A stretch of DNA of 64,000 bases from Chloroflexota bacterium (GCA_036734945.1 DAIMXP010000002.1:70981-134980), one strand, 5' to 3'. Counted from the first letter of the stretch, positions 47,901 to 56,555 are shown. The notes: a model not told the origin generated them from the sequence alone. Numbers and translations: made by a program.

Positions 47901-50141
47901 GGCCAGACCGCTGTAGCCGATACGCAGCAGACCACACTGCTCCAGGTTCGGTTGGGCCACGCGCCAGGCGCGACGCAGGTCGGCAAAGGCCCGGTACTCC
48001 AGGACGGCCTGCATCGCGCTGACGGAGGCTTGATAGCCGGCGCCGGACTCCACAGGTTCCAGCATGTAGTCGGCGGGCGCCGGCGCCATGGCGTCGAAGA
48101 TGGCCTGCCCCAGACGCTCGAAGCTGAGCCCGGACCCCGTCGAGACCGCCCGGGTCAGCGCGCCGCGCAGGAGTGTCACCTGGGTAAAGTCGTTCAAGTG
48201 GCCGGCTTGCAGGGAAGCGTCCTGGCGATTATCGGTGAAGCTGAGCACCTTCTGCGCGCTGTCGTCCAGTTCGCTCTGCTGTAGACCGAGCAGGGTGCTG
48301 CCGACCGTGATAGTCGTCGCGGTAGACCGCCCGATCTGACTGAGTGTCGCCAGTTTGCCGAAGTCGCTCTTCTCGCGCAGATCGTAGGCGGTTCGACAGC
48401 GCAGGCAGAGCATGAGCGGACGCAACTGGAACCAGCCCGCAAGGGCGCTCGCCGCCGGCTCCTCGCTGCACTGGCCGTCCGGCTGCACCCAGAGTCGCCG
48501 GGGACGGTGGGGAGCGTAGCCGGCCTTGAGGCGTGTTTCCTTCCGGCGCTGCTCCAGCCAGTAGTCGGGCAGCGGCTCCTCGTCGGACCAGAGGTCATCG
48601 TGGTCGAGACTGAAGAAGCCCAGCTCGCCGGCATCGTCGTCACCGCTGGGGTTGAGCAAGGGGGAGCGGGGAAGCAGGCGCTGGCTGAGCCGGTTGTCCA
48701 GCGCTTCTCCGCTCTCGTCAAGCTGATCATCGTCCTGGCGGACGAAGGAGACGAGGTAATACTCTTGGCCGCACTCCCGGCAGAAGGCCAGGGGATAGAG
48801 CAGGCGGCGCTGTCCCGAGCCGTCGTCCGCTGCGACGTACTGTCCTTCAGTTGTCCGCTCGCGGACATCGGGCGCCTGTACTGTGGCGTAGACACTACTG
48901 CCGGAGCCGAGGAACTGGTGCAGCCGGAAGGCGAACACCGGCTCACCGGAAGGCAGGATCGCCCCGGCGCCGGCATCCAGCACGGCCTGGAGGCGCTGCC
49001 GGCACAGCGCTTCGTCCAGGCCGGTCTGCTGGACGAGGGTACGCAGCCCTTCCTGGAAGGTGATCGGCCGCCGCCGCACCAGGCGGCCGTCATCCACATC
49101 CAGGCCGAAGGTCTGCTCGACCCAGGCTGCTAAAGGATGCTCCGTCACCGCGGTTACCGCCGCCGGCCCACCCGCTGTGGTGTCCGGCGGGCTGACGGAT
49201 ACCGCCGCACGCAACGCTGCCGGCGTTGGCGGTGGCGGCGCTGAACAGACGCGGCGCAGCGTCTCGTCGACAACCGCATCGGCCGCTACCTCGACGCCGA
49301 ACAGGGTAGTGGCGGCCTCGGCGATGCGTTCCCGGCGTTGCCGGCGGTCGCCTTCCGAGGCCAGCGTCGCCGAGGTCCCGACAAAGCGCAGGTCGGGGTT
49401 CTCGGCGCGCTGGCGGACGCGGCGCAACAGCATCGCCACGTCGGCGCCCTGGCGTCCCCGGTAGACGTGTAGTTCGTCCAGCACCAGGAACTGCAGGTCG
49501 CGTGTCGCCTGCTGGACCAGCGTGCGCTCGTGGGGACGGATCAGCATGTATTCCAGCATCACGTAGTTGGTGAGCAGGATGTGCGGCGGGTCTTCCAGAA
49601 TCTGCGCGCGGTCCTGGCGGTCCTGGCCGGTGTAGCGGTCGAAGCGAATGGGGCAGTCCGACCAGTTGGCCTCACGGAAGCGCTGTAGCGCCTCCAACTG
49701 GCTCTTGACCAGCGCGTTCATGGGATAGACGATGATGGCGCGCACGCTGTGGCGTTCCGGCTGCCGCCGGAAGACGGCGTCGACGATGGGGATCAAGTAA
49801 GTGAGGCTCTTGCCGGAACCGGTGCCGGTGCTGACGACGTACGGCTGGCCACGCTGGGCGATGCGGATCGCTTCTTCCTGGTGAATATGCAGCCGCAGCT
49901 TTTCGCCGAAGAATCGCGCCGTCGCCGACGTGATGACGCCCGCGCGGGCCAGTTCCGCCAGCGTGGCGCCGTGCTGGTAGGCCGGGTTGAGCTGGAGCAC
50001 GGCATCGGGCCACCACTCCGCCCGCTCCAGGCACTGCTGCACGAACTGCCGCAGGCGCTCATCCCGCACGTTGAGGAAGCTGGCAAAGTAGTCGCGGTAC
50101 TCCGCCACGACCTGGTCACGAAGGGCAAAGACGTCCATCAA
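44976..50141 (-). CDS. giant DExH helicase - DUF1998 (MrfA-like Zn module) - C-terminal DUF559/Vsr-like nuclease-fold fusion
   Basis: 1721 aa. Helicase motif I GTGSGKS, motif II DELH, motif III SAT, motif VI QRSGRAGR. Four-Cys module CHTCGA...CTHCGA and CAAACYDCLLSY. The C-terminus (PDFYYKRDGRRGVCVFIDGPAH...LGYRVVVV) resembles the DUF559 restriction-fold. Confidence 0.9.
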   Translation of the reverse strand: MMDVFALRDQVVAEYRDYFASFLNVRDERLRQFVQQCLERAEWWPDAVLQLNPAYQHGATLAELARAGVITSATARFFGEKLRLHIHQEEAIRIAQRGQPYVVSTGTGSGKSLTYLIPIVDAVFRRQPERHSVRAIIVYPMNALVKSQLEALQRFREANWSDCPIRFDRYTGQDRQDRAQILEDPPHILLTNYVMLEYMLIRPHERTLVQQATRDLQFLVLDELHVYRGRQGADVAMLLRRVRQRAENPDLRFVGTSATLASEGDRRQRRERIAEAATTLFGVEVAADAVVDETLRRVCSAPPPPTPAALRAAVSVSPPDTTAGGPAAVTAVTEHPLAAWVEQTFGLDVDDGRLVRRRPITFQEGLRTLVQQTGLDEALCRQRLQAVLDAGAGAILPSGEPVFAFRLHQFLGSGSSVYATVQAPDVRERTTEGQYVAADDGSGQRRLLYPLAFCRECGQEYYLVSFVRQDDDQLDESGEALDNRLSQRLLPRSPLLNPSGDDDAGELGFFSLDHDDLWSDEEPLPDYWLEQRRKETRLKAGYAPHRPRRLWVQPDGQCSEEPAASALAGWFQLRPLMLCLRCRTAYDLREKSDFGKLATLSQIGRSTATTITVGSTLLGLQQSELDDSAQKVLSFTDNRQDASLQAGHLNDFTQVTLLRGALTRAVSTGSGLSFERLGQAIFDAMAPAPADYMLEPVESGAGYQASVSAMQAVLEYRAFADLRRAWRVAQPNLEQCGLLRIGYSGLAEIAAEDTPWASVPKMAAASPERREAVLQAVLDHLRGQLAIGAACLQPEKTERLKRQAGEWLRPPWAIDGQERLRWSTIALLPESELPRNSRVATFGLGWRSTVGRYLRAAETWDVPERLSTDEADALVRAIVAALRGHILTVHSHLDEPYGVQIKPGALRWEQGDGSVPGPDPVRSRALQLRRPEGRSQQPNHYFSRLYTEGAGHFRRVVGREHTGQVGMLERIERERDFRSGKLKALFCSPTMELGVDIADLAVVHLRNVPPTPANYAQRSGRAGRNGRPALVLAFCSQGNAHDEYFFRRRVDMVAGAVAPPRLDLTNRELVEAHLRSVWLATVGLALASSLAEVLDLADPSCPLLPDVAAQLKLSETRLREVARAFNEVVDSAAIAAAGWFNEDWLLRTVREAPEAFDHSLDRWRELYQAAVRRRDEAYRKGNLPRLQRQEREAAEQQEQEAKREIALLVNQGDITESDFYPYRHLANEGFLPGYNFPRLPLRVLVSSHGSVQAIDRPRFLGLSEFGPLNVVYHEGRKHRVTSCILPVGGVEERLTQAKICHTCGAIYPGEAAQLDRCTHCGALLEGPAASFPQRLFDQPVTRASQWTRISSDEEERQREGFAIELALRLPGEETMQRAEARLAGQTLLEVTVAAQTELWRINNGWRRSNPPRGFTIDAESGAWGGNEDAPADDDVSDAVVAARTRMSGIRPYVTDHRNVLLLRPSQLPGDETPFLQTLAYALQRGIQAVYQVMENEVAVDLIGEGPQRRLLLWEEAEGGTGIWERIRSDTHSIAAIAREALRICHIDPATGAELAGWNRRCAAACYDCLLSYRHQTVHRHLDRHLVRDYLLQLSRAELLARTETRDYDAHYHWLLERTDPASNLERDFLRHLHERKLRLPDLAQHQPAEEVAVQPDFYYKRDGRRGVCVFIDGPAHQAESQRQTDLLKREALADLGYRVVVVPVDKPFDTSTAAHDDVFSG

Positions 50142-50619
50142 GACCCCGGCGACCGACGAAATGCAGGTGTGTGATTCGGCTGGATCTCAACCCGGTGGGC
50201 TCCCAACAGCGCCAGGGCATCATCGCGTCGCACTGCCTGGCCTCCTCGTCGCCACCTTGCAGACCACAAGTGTATGTTGCCGCGCTGTCGAGTGCCAGAG
50301 CGAGCAGAAGCTGCTGGACCTGCGTACCTTCGTGAACACCTACCCGAACACCTCTGGCAATCGCTAGTTGGGACGTTTTGCGTCTGGGTCAATGCCCAGA
50401 CGGCATAGTGCCGAGACACATCGTATTCAGGTGTGACACAAAGTTTCGCAGTGTCTGCTTGTCTTCAGGGAATCTTCACAGGCGTATGCTAGCATGCGCT
50501 GATGGCGACAGCGAGTCGTTGCGGTTCGGTTCTGCAGACAAAGGGAGAGTCCGATGCCATCGTCCCAACCGTTGTGATCGATACAGTGGGGGGTGTGCTA
50601 TCGTGATGGGTAGTGCCAT

Positions 50620-51525
50620 TTGAATGGACAAAAAAGGGGGGGCGGGATCCCGATGCAGGATGAGATTGAACTGCTCGACGTGAGCATCATCTTGCTCCTC
50701 GACCAACCACCGGCCGAATTGGACAGGGTGCTCCACCTCTTAGAAACGGATGTGTTTTCGAAGATTCTCCGGAGGCCCGTGTCGTATGCCCAAGGTCTGG
50801 TAATAGAAGCCGGCGTTGGCCCCCGGGCGTCACACCAACTCGAGAGCATGAAAAGTCAGAAGAGCGTGACTATCAACCCTGGGCGCCTGGAAGTTCATGA
50901 TCGTTCTGGGGTGTTGGCTCCTGATCAGAGCGACCTCGCAGCGACGACAGCGGAAGTTGTGCGCATCCTTGGTATCACGGGGAGTAAGAGCATCGGGGCC
51001 AACTACGAACTGCTGTTTTCTGCGCCCACCGGCCAGACCGCTGCACGCTACATCGCCGACACGCTATTCCCATCCGGCCTGGGCATGCTCCCGGAAGGGT
51101 TGAAACTCGTCGGCGGCCAAGCGCGGTTTGTCTTGGAACGCGATGTAGACACGAGTCACATCCTCGCCGTGGAACCGCGCGCGATGGACCCCGCGACGAC
51201 CAAGGTATGGGTGCTCTGCAACACCGAGTTCAAGGGCCAAAACGCGAACGCTCCCGAGACGTTCGCGACCCTCCTCCGGTACGGTCACGATTTGGTGAAC
51301 CATGTGCAGAAGCACCTTATAGGTCTCCTTCTAGATTCGGTGCGGCAAAACTTAGGCACGCGCTCGATAGCGGCACTAGAACATGCGGAAGATAAGCATG
51401 AAGACCGCGACTTTGAGCTATGCGAACCTCGTGACCGTGCCATGATGGCAAGTAGAGGCAGTGACCGGCTTGCGCGTATGCTCATCGAACGATCAGATGT
51501 TGTCGAGATCGATCTGCCGATATAA
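50620..51525 (+). CDS. hypothetical protein (no family recognised)
   Basis: 301-aa ORF in a visibly AT-richer stretch, with non-repetitive composition. An alternative start MQDEIELL lies at 50653. The next ORF starts 17 bp downstream. Confidence 0.55.
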   Translation: MNGQKRGGGIPMQDEIELLDVSIILLLDQPPAELDRVLHLLETDVFSKILRRPVSYAQGLVIEAGVGPRASHQLESMKSQKSVTINPGRLEVHDRSGVLAPDQSDLAATTAEVVRILGITGSKSIGANYELLFSAPTGQTAARYIADTLFPSGLGMLPEGLKLVGGQARFVLERDVDTSHILAVEPRAMDPATTKVWVLCNTEFKGQNANAPETFATLLRYGHDLVNHVQKHLIGLLLDSVRQNLGTRSIAALEHAEDKHEDRDFELCEPRDRAMMASRGSDRLARMLIERSDVVEIDLPI

Positions 51526-51542
51526 GCAGATCCAACGCTTCC

Positions 51543-52010
51543 GTGAGCTACACTATCTTGAACGATGGAAGATTACGTCAGGGAGACATCATCACGGGTG
51601 TCTATCTCTTTCGTAAGTCTCCAGGCGTTTATGGTGTTTCAGGCGAAACACAGGCATTCACCGTTATGGTCTTCAGTCGAGGGTGCGAGATTGACAAACT
51701 AGATAGACCACCTGCGTCCTCCGATAGTGTACACGTCGCAGTAGTAAAGCGATTGGATACGCTGAGTGCTGGTACCCAGGGCAACCTGAAAGCAAACAAA
51801 GTCCTGAATGCATGGCTTATACCGCCATACCGGGAGATATTGCCGGAATCGTACATAGACTGGCGTACGCTTCAACCAGTTGACAAGACCGTACTTATAA
51901 AGGCTCGGACTACCCGTCAGTATCTCTGTACTCTACTCATGGAGGAACGAGCGGCGGCCTTCGATGCGCTGTGGGATTTCTTGACCCGGAGCGATGCGGA
52001 TGCAGTTTAG
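51543..52010 (+). CDS. hypothetical protein (no family recognised)
   Basis: 155-aa ORF with a GTG start, co-oriented with and 17 bp downstream of 50620..51525. Confidence 0.5.
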   Translation: MSYTILNDGRLRQGDIITGVYLFRKSPGVYGVSGETQAFTVMVFSRGCEIDKLDRPPASSDSVHVAVVKRLDTLSAGTQGNLKANKVLNAWLIPPYREILPESYIDWRTLQPVDKTVLIKARTTRQYLCTLLMEERAAAFDALWDFLTRSDADAV

Positions 52011-52041
52011 CATTCTCGACCGTAGACCTGACCCCTATCTG

Positions 52042-52323
52042 TCAATATAGGATGAGACACGGAGGCCCAAGTGGAATATCCATCTGGTGCTCGAAGGCCG
52101 TCGTGATCCAGATACGACGCGCATCCTCGGCCATCGTCGCCAGTTCGGCCAGACTCTCCGCTTGCGTCATGCAGCCGGGCAGATCGGGGAAGATGGCGAC
52201 GTAGCCACCGTCGGGATCGGCGATGACCTGGAAGGGATATTCCAGCGCCAGATAAGTTTCGACAGACGTGCGAACAGCGGTGGCTCTGGTATCTCGATTC
52301 GACGCTCCGGTGTGTGGGGTCAT
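52042..52323 (-). CDS. HicB-family antitoxin-like protein
   Basis: YPFQVIADPDGGYVAIFPDLPGCMTQAESLAELATMAEDARRIW is the typical HicB/UPF0150 N-domain. No HicA was recognised next to it. Confidence 0.72.
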   Translation of the reverse strand: MTPHTGASNRDTRATAVRTSVETYLALEYPFQVIADPDGGYVAIFPDLPGCMTQAESLAELATMAEDARRIWITTAFEHQMDIPLGPPCLILY

Positions 52324-52338
52324 GACGGGGTCTCCCGC

Positions 52339-52764
52339 CTACTTCGCTTTTCCACCGCGAATGAGCCGGAGGACATAAAGCTCTACCTCATCGGCCCCTT
52401 CCTCCAGGTAGGGAGCGTAGGACACATAGCCAGGCAAGTGGAGCAGAAAATCATCCGGCACAAAATCATGCGGCAGAGTGCGCCGGAGCTCCTGCACAAC
52501 CGGATCAGACTCACCCACGGCCATAATGTCCGTCCGCGACAGCCGCAGGTCGGGGAGGCCGCGTAACGCGGCGCCGATGCGCTGATACGCGGGCAGGCTC
52601 CCCTCAGCGTCCACCAAGGGCGAAGCAATGATCAGGCGCCGCCCGAGACCGCCCTTGGCAGACACAAAAAACGCCGCCGTGACAGCGAATCCGAGGCGAT
52701 CGAGATCAGCAAGGAGCCGCGCCCCGTCCGCAACTTCCGGCCTTACCAGTGACGCCGTAGCCAT
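52339..52764 (-). CDS. hypothetical protein between the HEPN and HicB-like genes
   Basis: I chose the start MATASLVRPE at 52764. No motif recognised. Tightly packed in an operon (16-bp gap, 22-bp overlap). Confidence 0.45.
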   Translation of the reverse strand: MATASLVRPEVADGARLLADLDRLGFAVTAAFFVSAKGGLGRRLIIASPLVDAEGSLPAYQRIGAALRGLPDLRLSRTDIMAVGESDPVVQELRRTLPHDFVPDDFLLHLPGYVSYAPYLEEGADEVELYVLRLIRGGKAK

Positions 52765-53198
52765 TGCAGCACTCCATGTTCCGATTGGGACACCGCGGTA
52801 TAGAGACCGTGCGCGTCCTGCTCCTGAAAGACAGCATAACGGCTCTGCTCGCTCCAACGCACTGCCACGTCCCAAAAGTCGGCAAAGTCGCTGTCGGCGC
52901 CTGTCTCGGCAACGAAGGAGGCCGTCAGTTCTGCCTCATGGATCAACAGGTCTAGATCGTGTATGTAGACGTTACCTCTCGCCCGAGCCTTCGAGGGAAA
53001 GCTCGCTCCCGGATACTGACGACAGATGCACGCTTTAAGCGCGCACTCCACCGCATACCCGGCCAGATAGTATGCGCCGCTGTACTCGCCAGCGGCAATC
53101 AATATCCTCGCCTCACGCAAGCGAGCATCAGCGAGCAGCTGAAGGTCCGAGCGCGTCAATGCCGGGCCGGGCATGTGCCCACTCCTCTTCAGATGCAA
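52743..53198 (-). CDS. HEPN-domain protein
   Basis: LREARILIAAGEYSGAYYLAGYAVECALKACI ... IHDLDLL ... VRWSEQSRY is a HEPN helical-bundle pattern. Confidence 0.72.
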   Translation of the reverse strand: MHLKRSGHMPGPALTRSDLQLLADARLREARILIAAGEYSGAYYLAGYAVECALKACICRQYPGASFPSKARARGNVYIHDLDLLIHEAELTASFVAETGADSDFADFWDVAVRWSEQSRYAVFQEQDAHGLYTAVSQSEHGVLQWLRRHW

Positions 53199-53252
53199 AG
53201 CATTGCACGGCGTGGCGCCGGGGCCGCATGCCGTGCCGGATCGGTCCCAAGG

Positions 53253-53543
53253 CTACCTCGTGGCCAGGGTCAGCATCGGCCAACCGGGGAGCGTTTGGCC
53301 GTAATTGCTTCTGGGATTGCCCTTTTGGCCGAGGACTGCCCGCTCGGCTAGCGCGGTACCCTCAGCGATCAAGGCCTCACGGCTGCTGTCCGGGTCCCGA
53401 CGCAAGAGGCCCAGCGTCAGGATCGCCTCGGATTCCCGGCCGTAGCGCGCAATATCCTCGGTGAGGGCCTGGAGTGCTGCATCCTCGGTTGGATATGTCC
53501 CGACCCGGTTGCCCGTCTCGCCATCCCAGAGTTCATACCACAT
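53253..53543 (-). CDS. small hypothetical protein
   Basis: 96-aa ORF MWYELWDGETGNRVGTYPTEDAALQAL... with plausible composition. No family recognised. Confidence 0.4.
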   Translation of the reverse strand: MWYELWDGETGNRVGTYPTEDAALQALTEDIARYGRESEAILTLGLLRRDPDSSREALIAEGTALAERAVLGQKGNPRSNYGQTLPGWPMLTLATR

Positions 53544-53864
53544 GGCAGCTACTCTACCACGCCCGTGCGGGCGTCTAGCGTGCCCGGTGTCGGAAAGAAT
53601 GCTCCGGCATGACGGCGGTCACTCGCCGCACCCTACTCGTGGCTACCTCTCCAAACGGTGGGGGGACGGGTTCTACTGATCATGTTGCAGATCGTTCCAG
53701 CGCAGGATGGCGCGGTGCGCCGCGCCTAACAGCGACATTCCCGCCAAGGGGTAGGTCACCGCTGAGTAGGTCCTGGGACAGCAGCAACAGCATGCCAACC
53801 ACCCGTCTCTGCCGGCGCCCGCCTGGTCGCATGCTCCTGGGTAGTTACTTTCCAAGAGGGCATG

Positions 53865-54056
53865 TCACTTTCCTTTCTGTCGCGTTGCCGGCCAGCACTC
53901 GCCGGTGAAGACCAGGTACACAGGCGGCCTTTGCTTGCGCCACGGTGGCAGCGGTACGTCCTGCCGTGCTGCCGGTGGTACTGGCGGCGGCGGTGCAGCC
54001 GGGGCGGACGGGGCCGCATCGAATAGGCTCGGCTGCAACCGGGTCGCGTTGCTCAT
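53865..54056 (-). CDS. small hypothetical protein (Pro-rich)
   Basis: 63-aa ORF whose ATG overlaps the stop of 54053..54424 (ATGA). Weak call. Confidence 0.3.
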   Translation of the reverse strand: MSNATRLQPSLFDAAPSAPAAPPPPVPPAARQDVPLPPWRKQRPPVYLVFTGECWPATRQKGK

Positions 54057-54424
54057 GCTGCATCACCTCCGAGGTTCTGGCCCTGCGCCTTCCACAGCGC
54101 GCGGGCATAGGCCACCACTGCCCGGTAGTCAGAGCCGCTCCGGTAGCCGTTGAACGTCTTCACTCGCTGCCCGGCTAGGCAGACCACGACGGCCCAATCG
54201 TCGCCGTCGATCACCTCGCGCGGTACCAGGAAGGTGCCGCGTGGCGGGCTGCCGTTGACGGTCAGTACCAGGCCAGCCGGGCCGTAGGCTCCGGTATAGA
54301 TCGTCGCCTCAATGTCGCGGGCATCGAAGTCAACCCGGCCCCTGGGCGTGTCGAGGCCGGCGTAGCGGGCGGCCACGTCGCGGAATGCTGCTGCCAAAGT
54401 CGCCGGGTCAGTTGCTGTGTTCAT
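54053..54424 (-). CDS. hypothetical protein
   Basis: 123-aa ORF that overlaps the primase-like gene by 17 nt. No family recognised. Confidence 0.45.
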   Translation of the reverse strand: MNTATDPATLAAAFRDVAARYAGLDTPRGRVDFDARDIEATIYTGAYGPAGLVLTVNGSPPRGTFLVPREVIDGDDWAVVVCLAGQRVKTFNGYRSGSDYRAVVAYARALWKAQGQNLGGDAA

Positions 54425-55826
54425 CGTCTATCCTTTCGTCTGCGTACCGAGTCAACGCGCGCTGGGCATCGCGCAAGCGGTCTACCGGTCCGTTTGCCAG
54501 GAACGCGCGCCAGTTCGATTCGCCAGCGGCCAGCCGTTCACCAGGTCGTAGTTGCAGCGCCGGCCAGCCCAGCCGCTCGCCGGCAGTCAGGACGGCGGCT
54601 ACCAGCTCCGGATCCCGTACCTCGGCTGCCTTGCGACGGCGGTAGCTCGCAGGTCGTACCAGCCGCTCCCACTCGTCACGGGCAGCCGCTACGGCGCTGG
54701 CGATCTGCTCATCCGTCAGGTCCGCTGGGGCTGGCGAGGGCGGTTCGATCTGGTGTACCCGGTCGTACAGCCACAACGGAAGCATCCCAGCCGGAAGACC
54801 GGCCGGCAGTGCCACCGGCGTTCCACGGCTCACCTCCGGCGGGTGCTGAAAGCTGTACTCCGTCCGCTGGATACGATGGCCGGCGCCGCACTCGGCTTGC
54901 CACACGTCCGGGCCGATGGGATGCCACGGGCCGACAGCGACGGCAGTGCAGCCGGCGTACCAGCAACGGTACGGGGCAGCGTGCCGTTCGTCGTCAGGAT
55001 GCCCTGTAGCGCCGGCGTCGTGCTGGGATGGCATTGTCGCCGGCATCGGGTCGTGTGGGCAGTCCTGGGGCGTGTGAACGGGTGTCTTGCCGCACAGGTC
55101 GGCTACCTGCTGTTGCAACGTCCCGGCTTGCAGTAACTCATTCCAGTCTTTGCCGCCGGCCGGTCGCCAGCGTTCTACTTTCGCTCCGAACGATTCCAGC
55201 AGTGGACGGAGCTTCTCAGCCGCCGTATCGCCGGCATCGTCGGCATCGAACGCCAGCGCCACGCGACGGAAGACGCATGTTCCGGGTAGCCAGTCCGGCC
55301 AGCTCATACCGCACAAGGCGACGGTCGGCACGCCGCACGCCGCCAAACTCAGCGCGTCAATGGGCGCCTCAGTGACTACCGGCGTTGCCGCTTCCCTTGC
55401 GCCTGGTATCGCAAAGAGCGTGCGTCCCTTCGGCCCGGCGGTACGCGCCTTCGGGTCGCCATCGTCAAGATGCCGACCGGAGCATGCGGTGAGTGCTCCA
55501 TCCTGGTCAAAGAGCGGAAAGAGCACAGCCGGCCGACCGTAGAAGTTCGGTTGATAGGCGATCGTTGCCTGCCCGGCCAATTCCAGGGGGATGCCACGGC
55601 GCGCAAGGTAGGATGCCGCCGGGCTACCCGTCAGGGCTTGCACGCCGGCCAGCGCCGCTACCAATGCTGCCATGTCCGGTTCCACCGTGATCTGCGGCGG
55701 GCCGGCGATGGCGCGGTGGGCGGCGGCTTTGCGCGCAAGAGCGAGTGACGCACTCGCCGTCAGCGTGCCGTCGCTGAAACGCGCGAGGAAGGTGCTCGTC
55801 AGCCGCGCGGTGATGCGGCGGAACAA
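54408..55826 (-). CDS. Toprim-domain protein (phage/plasmid primase-like)
   Basis: VVTEAPIDALSLAACGVPTVALCG...RVALAFDADDAGDTAAEKL is a Toprim E...DxD pattern. Confidence 0.62.
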   Translation of the reverse strand: MFRRITARLTSTFLARFSDGTLTASASLALARKAAAHRAIAGPPQITVEPDMAALVAALAGVQALTGSPAASYLARRGIPLELAGQATIAYQPNFYGRPAVLFPLFDQDGALTACSGRHLDDGDPKARTAGPKGRTLFAIPGAREAATPVVTEAPIDALSLAACGVPTVALCGMSWPDWLPGTCVFRRVALAFDADDAGDTAAEKLRPLLESFGAKVERWRPAGGKDWNELLQAGTLQQQVADLCGKTPVHTPQDCPHDPMPATMPSQHDAGATGHPDDERHAAPYRCWYAGCTAVAVGPWHPIGPDVWQAECGAGHRIQRTEYSFQHPPEVSRGTPVALPAGLPAGMLPLWLYDRVHQIEPPSPAPADLTDEQIASAVAAARDEWERLVRPASYRRRKAAEVRDPELVAAVLTAGERLGWPALQLRPGERLAAGESNWRAFLANGPVDRLRDAQRALTRYADERIDDEHSN

Positions 55827-56294
55827 TACTAACGAGGCTGCGCCTCAGACCGACGAGTTGTAGCGCCGGTGGTATCCTTGCTCGTACAAGAGCGGCAGAT
55901 CTGGTCGCGCGCCAGCAGGCAGAAGCACGGCAGAAACGGGTCGCCACGCTGCGGCCCTCTTTGGCGCCTGATCTTCAGGCCCCGGCAATCTCTAGCCACC
56001 CGCTGTCGCCAATGGCACGCACCGGTTCCGTCACCTTGCAGCTCAGCACCGAGCCCCTTCACTGGGGAGGGGGAGTTTGTGTGCTGCGTCAACATGACGG
56101 CGAAAACTTGACGCAATCGCAACGACTTTTGGACACCTAGTCTTCTAGCAGGGGTGAGCGGGCGGCTACGTCGTTAATCGCGCCGGCATCCGGCGGCGCT
56201 CCGGTCGCTTGTGTCTCGGCGGCGCGCCGGGCGGTGGCGCGCCGTGCTGCTGCGCGCAGTAGGTCGTACACCTCCGCGAGCCTGCCGGTCGATG

Positions 56295-56555
56295 TCAGCA
56301 GGGACTCTCGCACTTTTGCGACTCCTCCCGCTCCGCAAGCCAGCGCCGCAGCGTCTCCACCGATACACGCCGATCCGAGCCGACACGCAAGCTCGGCAAC
56401 TCGCCGGTCGCGATTAGTCGGTAGACCGTCGCCCGACTGACGCCTAGTAGATGGCTCGCATCCTCAGGCTTGACCACCAGTGGTTCCATGCCCTCCCTTT
56501 CTTTACGTCGCGTTGCGTCACTCTGTGACACCCACAGTATCCCCGAGATGTGCAT
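56295..56555 (-). CDS. excisionase-family (MerR-like) helix-turn-helix DNA-binding protein
   Basis: LLGVSRATVYRLIATGELPSLRVGSDRRVSVETLRRWL. Confidence 0.8.
   Translation of the reverse strand: MHISGILWVSQSDATRRKEREGMEPLVVKPEDASHLLGVSRATVYRLIATGELPSLRVGSDRRVSVETLRRWLAEREESQKCESPC

Noticed and set aside
50138-50419. 93-aa minus-strand ORF overlapping the helicase start
   Set aside because: It is Arg-rich with shadow-like composition, has no RBS or motif, and lies in the probable 5' leader between the direct repeat and the helicase start.
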